A stretch of DNA of 64,000 nucleotides from Raja brachyura. Its lineage: Eukaryota. Made by a program: the position numbers and the translations under genes. Location: the NCBI GenBank assembly GCA_963514005.1, contig OY740797.1:14074001-14138000 (forward strand). The letters run 5' to 3'. The notes below the pieces were generated by a model that was given only the letters and a program-made list of their open reading frames with translations, did no database searches and was not told the origin of the DNA. Below, in pieces: positions 62,261-64,000 of the stretch. Positions within the stretch are counted from its first letter, which is position 1. Each line of letters starts with the position of its first letter.

Positions 62261-63051
62261 ACATCTACTTTGGGATTGGTTATTTCTTTAGATAAAGTAG
62301 CTTCAGCAAAGTCAAGTATGTATCCTTTCCAAATCATTCTCTGTCCAAAGTGGAATCCCCACACTGATTCTGCCACACATGCAAAATGCTTTAAGTTAAC
62401 ATGAAGGTGGCTGGCCATTTGATTCTGCAATGTTATTAAAAACAACAGAGGCAATCATGTGAGCTGCTTTGGCAAATTTCAACTTTTTTACTTCAGAGTT
62501 TAAGTGCCTCCACTTTGAAGTGCTTTTCTGCAGAATGGAGGTGCTTGGAATCACAATCACAATAATACTTTATTAGCCAAGTATGTTTTGCAACATACGA
62601 GGAATTTTATTTGCCAAGTCACTCGTACAAATAAACAGCAACAGAACACACAAAACACATTCTAACATAAACAGAGAGAAGTATGGCATTATTCTGAGCA
62701 ATCATACCCATGTTGTCTCAATTGGATCAGTTGGGAGTACCGACTTTTCATAGAGGTGATTATACATTTTATCCCGACACAAAAGAGATTTGGGCATCTA
62801 ATCGACACTGACACTTTAAGGTACACTAAACGTCTCCTGGGTCATGCAGATTAAATGCTTTTCTGAGGCCCGATCTGCCTCAAGAGAAAGATGTAAAATA
62901 TCTTCCCACTTCTCCAGTCAGTATTAAGCCTTCAACCAAGTCAAGACAAAAGTTGGCCTTTTATTTCACTAGTGCTTCTGGTCAATGGCTGCAACCTTCT
63001 TGCCATGATTTCTACGTTACTTTAACAACCACATATCAGGAGGATTTTATA

Positions 63052-63409
63052 AGTTCATAAGTTCTAGGGAGCAGAATTAGGCCATTTGGCCCATCTAGTC
63101 TAACCACCATTCAATCATGGCTGATCTATCTTTCCCTCTCAACCCCATTCTCCTGCCTTCTCCCCATAAACCCTGACACCCTTACTAATCAAGAATCTGT
63201 CAATCGCCTCCTTAAAAACATCCCTTGAATTGGCCTCCACAGTCGACTGTAGTAATGAATTCCACAGATTCACCACTCTCTAAATAAATTCTTCCTCAAT
63301 TCCTTTCTAAAGGTACGTCCTTTTATTTTGAGGCTATGCATCTGGTCTTGGACTCTCCCTCTAGTGGAAACATCCTCTCCACATTCACTCTATCTTGGCC
63401 TTTCACTAT
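63052..63409 (-). mobile_element. CR1-clade LINE 3' fragment
   Basis: Homologous to 49193-49585. Additional fragments near 1006-1203, 9383-9720, 10990-11310, 22150-22295, 39238-39453 and 45735-46030. Confidence 0.8.
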
Positions 63410-63476
63410 ATTTTGGTGCATCTTATCATGGTTCATATTTGTTACAACTAATCAATAAAAGTCTTGACTCGCTAAG

Positions 63477-63567
63477 GTAGACAAAAATGCAGGAGAAACT
63501 CAGCGGGTGCAGCAGCATCTATGGAGCAAAGGAAATAGACAACCTTTCGGGCCGAAACCATTCATCA
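63477..63567 (-). mobile_element. Short Penelope-like unit (CTGATGA variant)
   Basis: Minus strand gtCTGATGAatggtttcggcccGAAAggttgtc. TSD gactcgctaag at 63466-63476 and 63568-63578. Confidence 0.7.
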
Positions 63568-64000
63568 GACTCGCTAAGTTAACCACAGAATGAAATCAAT
63601 GGTACAAGGAGGGGGCTAATGCTAAGATATTGCAGCACAAGGCTGATTATAATAGAAAGATATTTTTCTATAAACTGCAAAGAATAACCCATAGAAATGG
63701 GTTAATACTTTACACCACTGGTTCCAATCATAATTTTCTACGTTCCAATTCTATAAAGTGTATGTTGGCTAAATACAACAGCTTTAGGCACATACCATGG
63801 TTTCAGCATGGTTTGGCACCAATGCAGTCTCCTAAAATGTATTTATTCTCAATGTCCGGACCATTACTCACATCTTCAAAACTTATTCACTACAAGTGTT
63901 ATGAATATTTGCTCCTTCCGAGCAGCTGCAAAACTAGTAACCATGATGTAAATGAAAACAGCATTGTTTTTTAAGTAATCTCTGCCTCAATGAAATTCAC

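Overview
Eukaryotic, repeat-rich vertebrate genomic DNA. The repeat content (HE1-type tRNA SINEs, HER1/CR1 LINE 3' ends) points to a cartilaginous fish, probably a skate or ray; this is inference. The window holds the 3' two-thirds of one minus-strand formin gene, best read as FHOD1 (FH1 polyproline, FH2, DAD). I reconstructed 14 phase-consistent coding exons from 47252 down to the stop at 5784, plus three candidate upstream cassette/micro-exons; the N-terminal GBD/FH3 exons appear to lie beyond the window's right edge. The introns are full of mobile DNA. Notable items: (1) a decayed DIRS1-type tyrosine-recombinase retrotransposon (57374-60638) whose ITR/ICR circle-junction architecture is intact; (2) more than 15 copies of a short Penelope-like repeat carrying a minimal hammerhead-ribozyme core. 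Many of these are inverted fold-back dimers and/or have long TSDs; one duplicated the FHOD1 stop codon and one lies sense in the probable 3'UTR. (3) a solo LTR nested in a SINE, two copies of a 1-kb TIR element with a non-8-bp TSD, palindromic MITEs and a ~300-bp-arm intronic hairpin. Repeat boundaries are approximate unless a TSD is quoted; no database searches were run.
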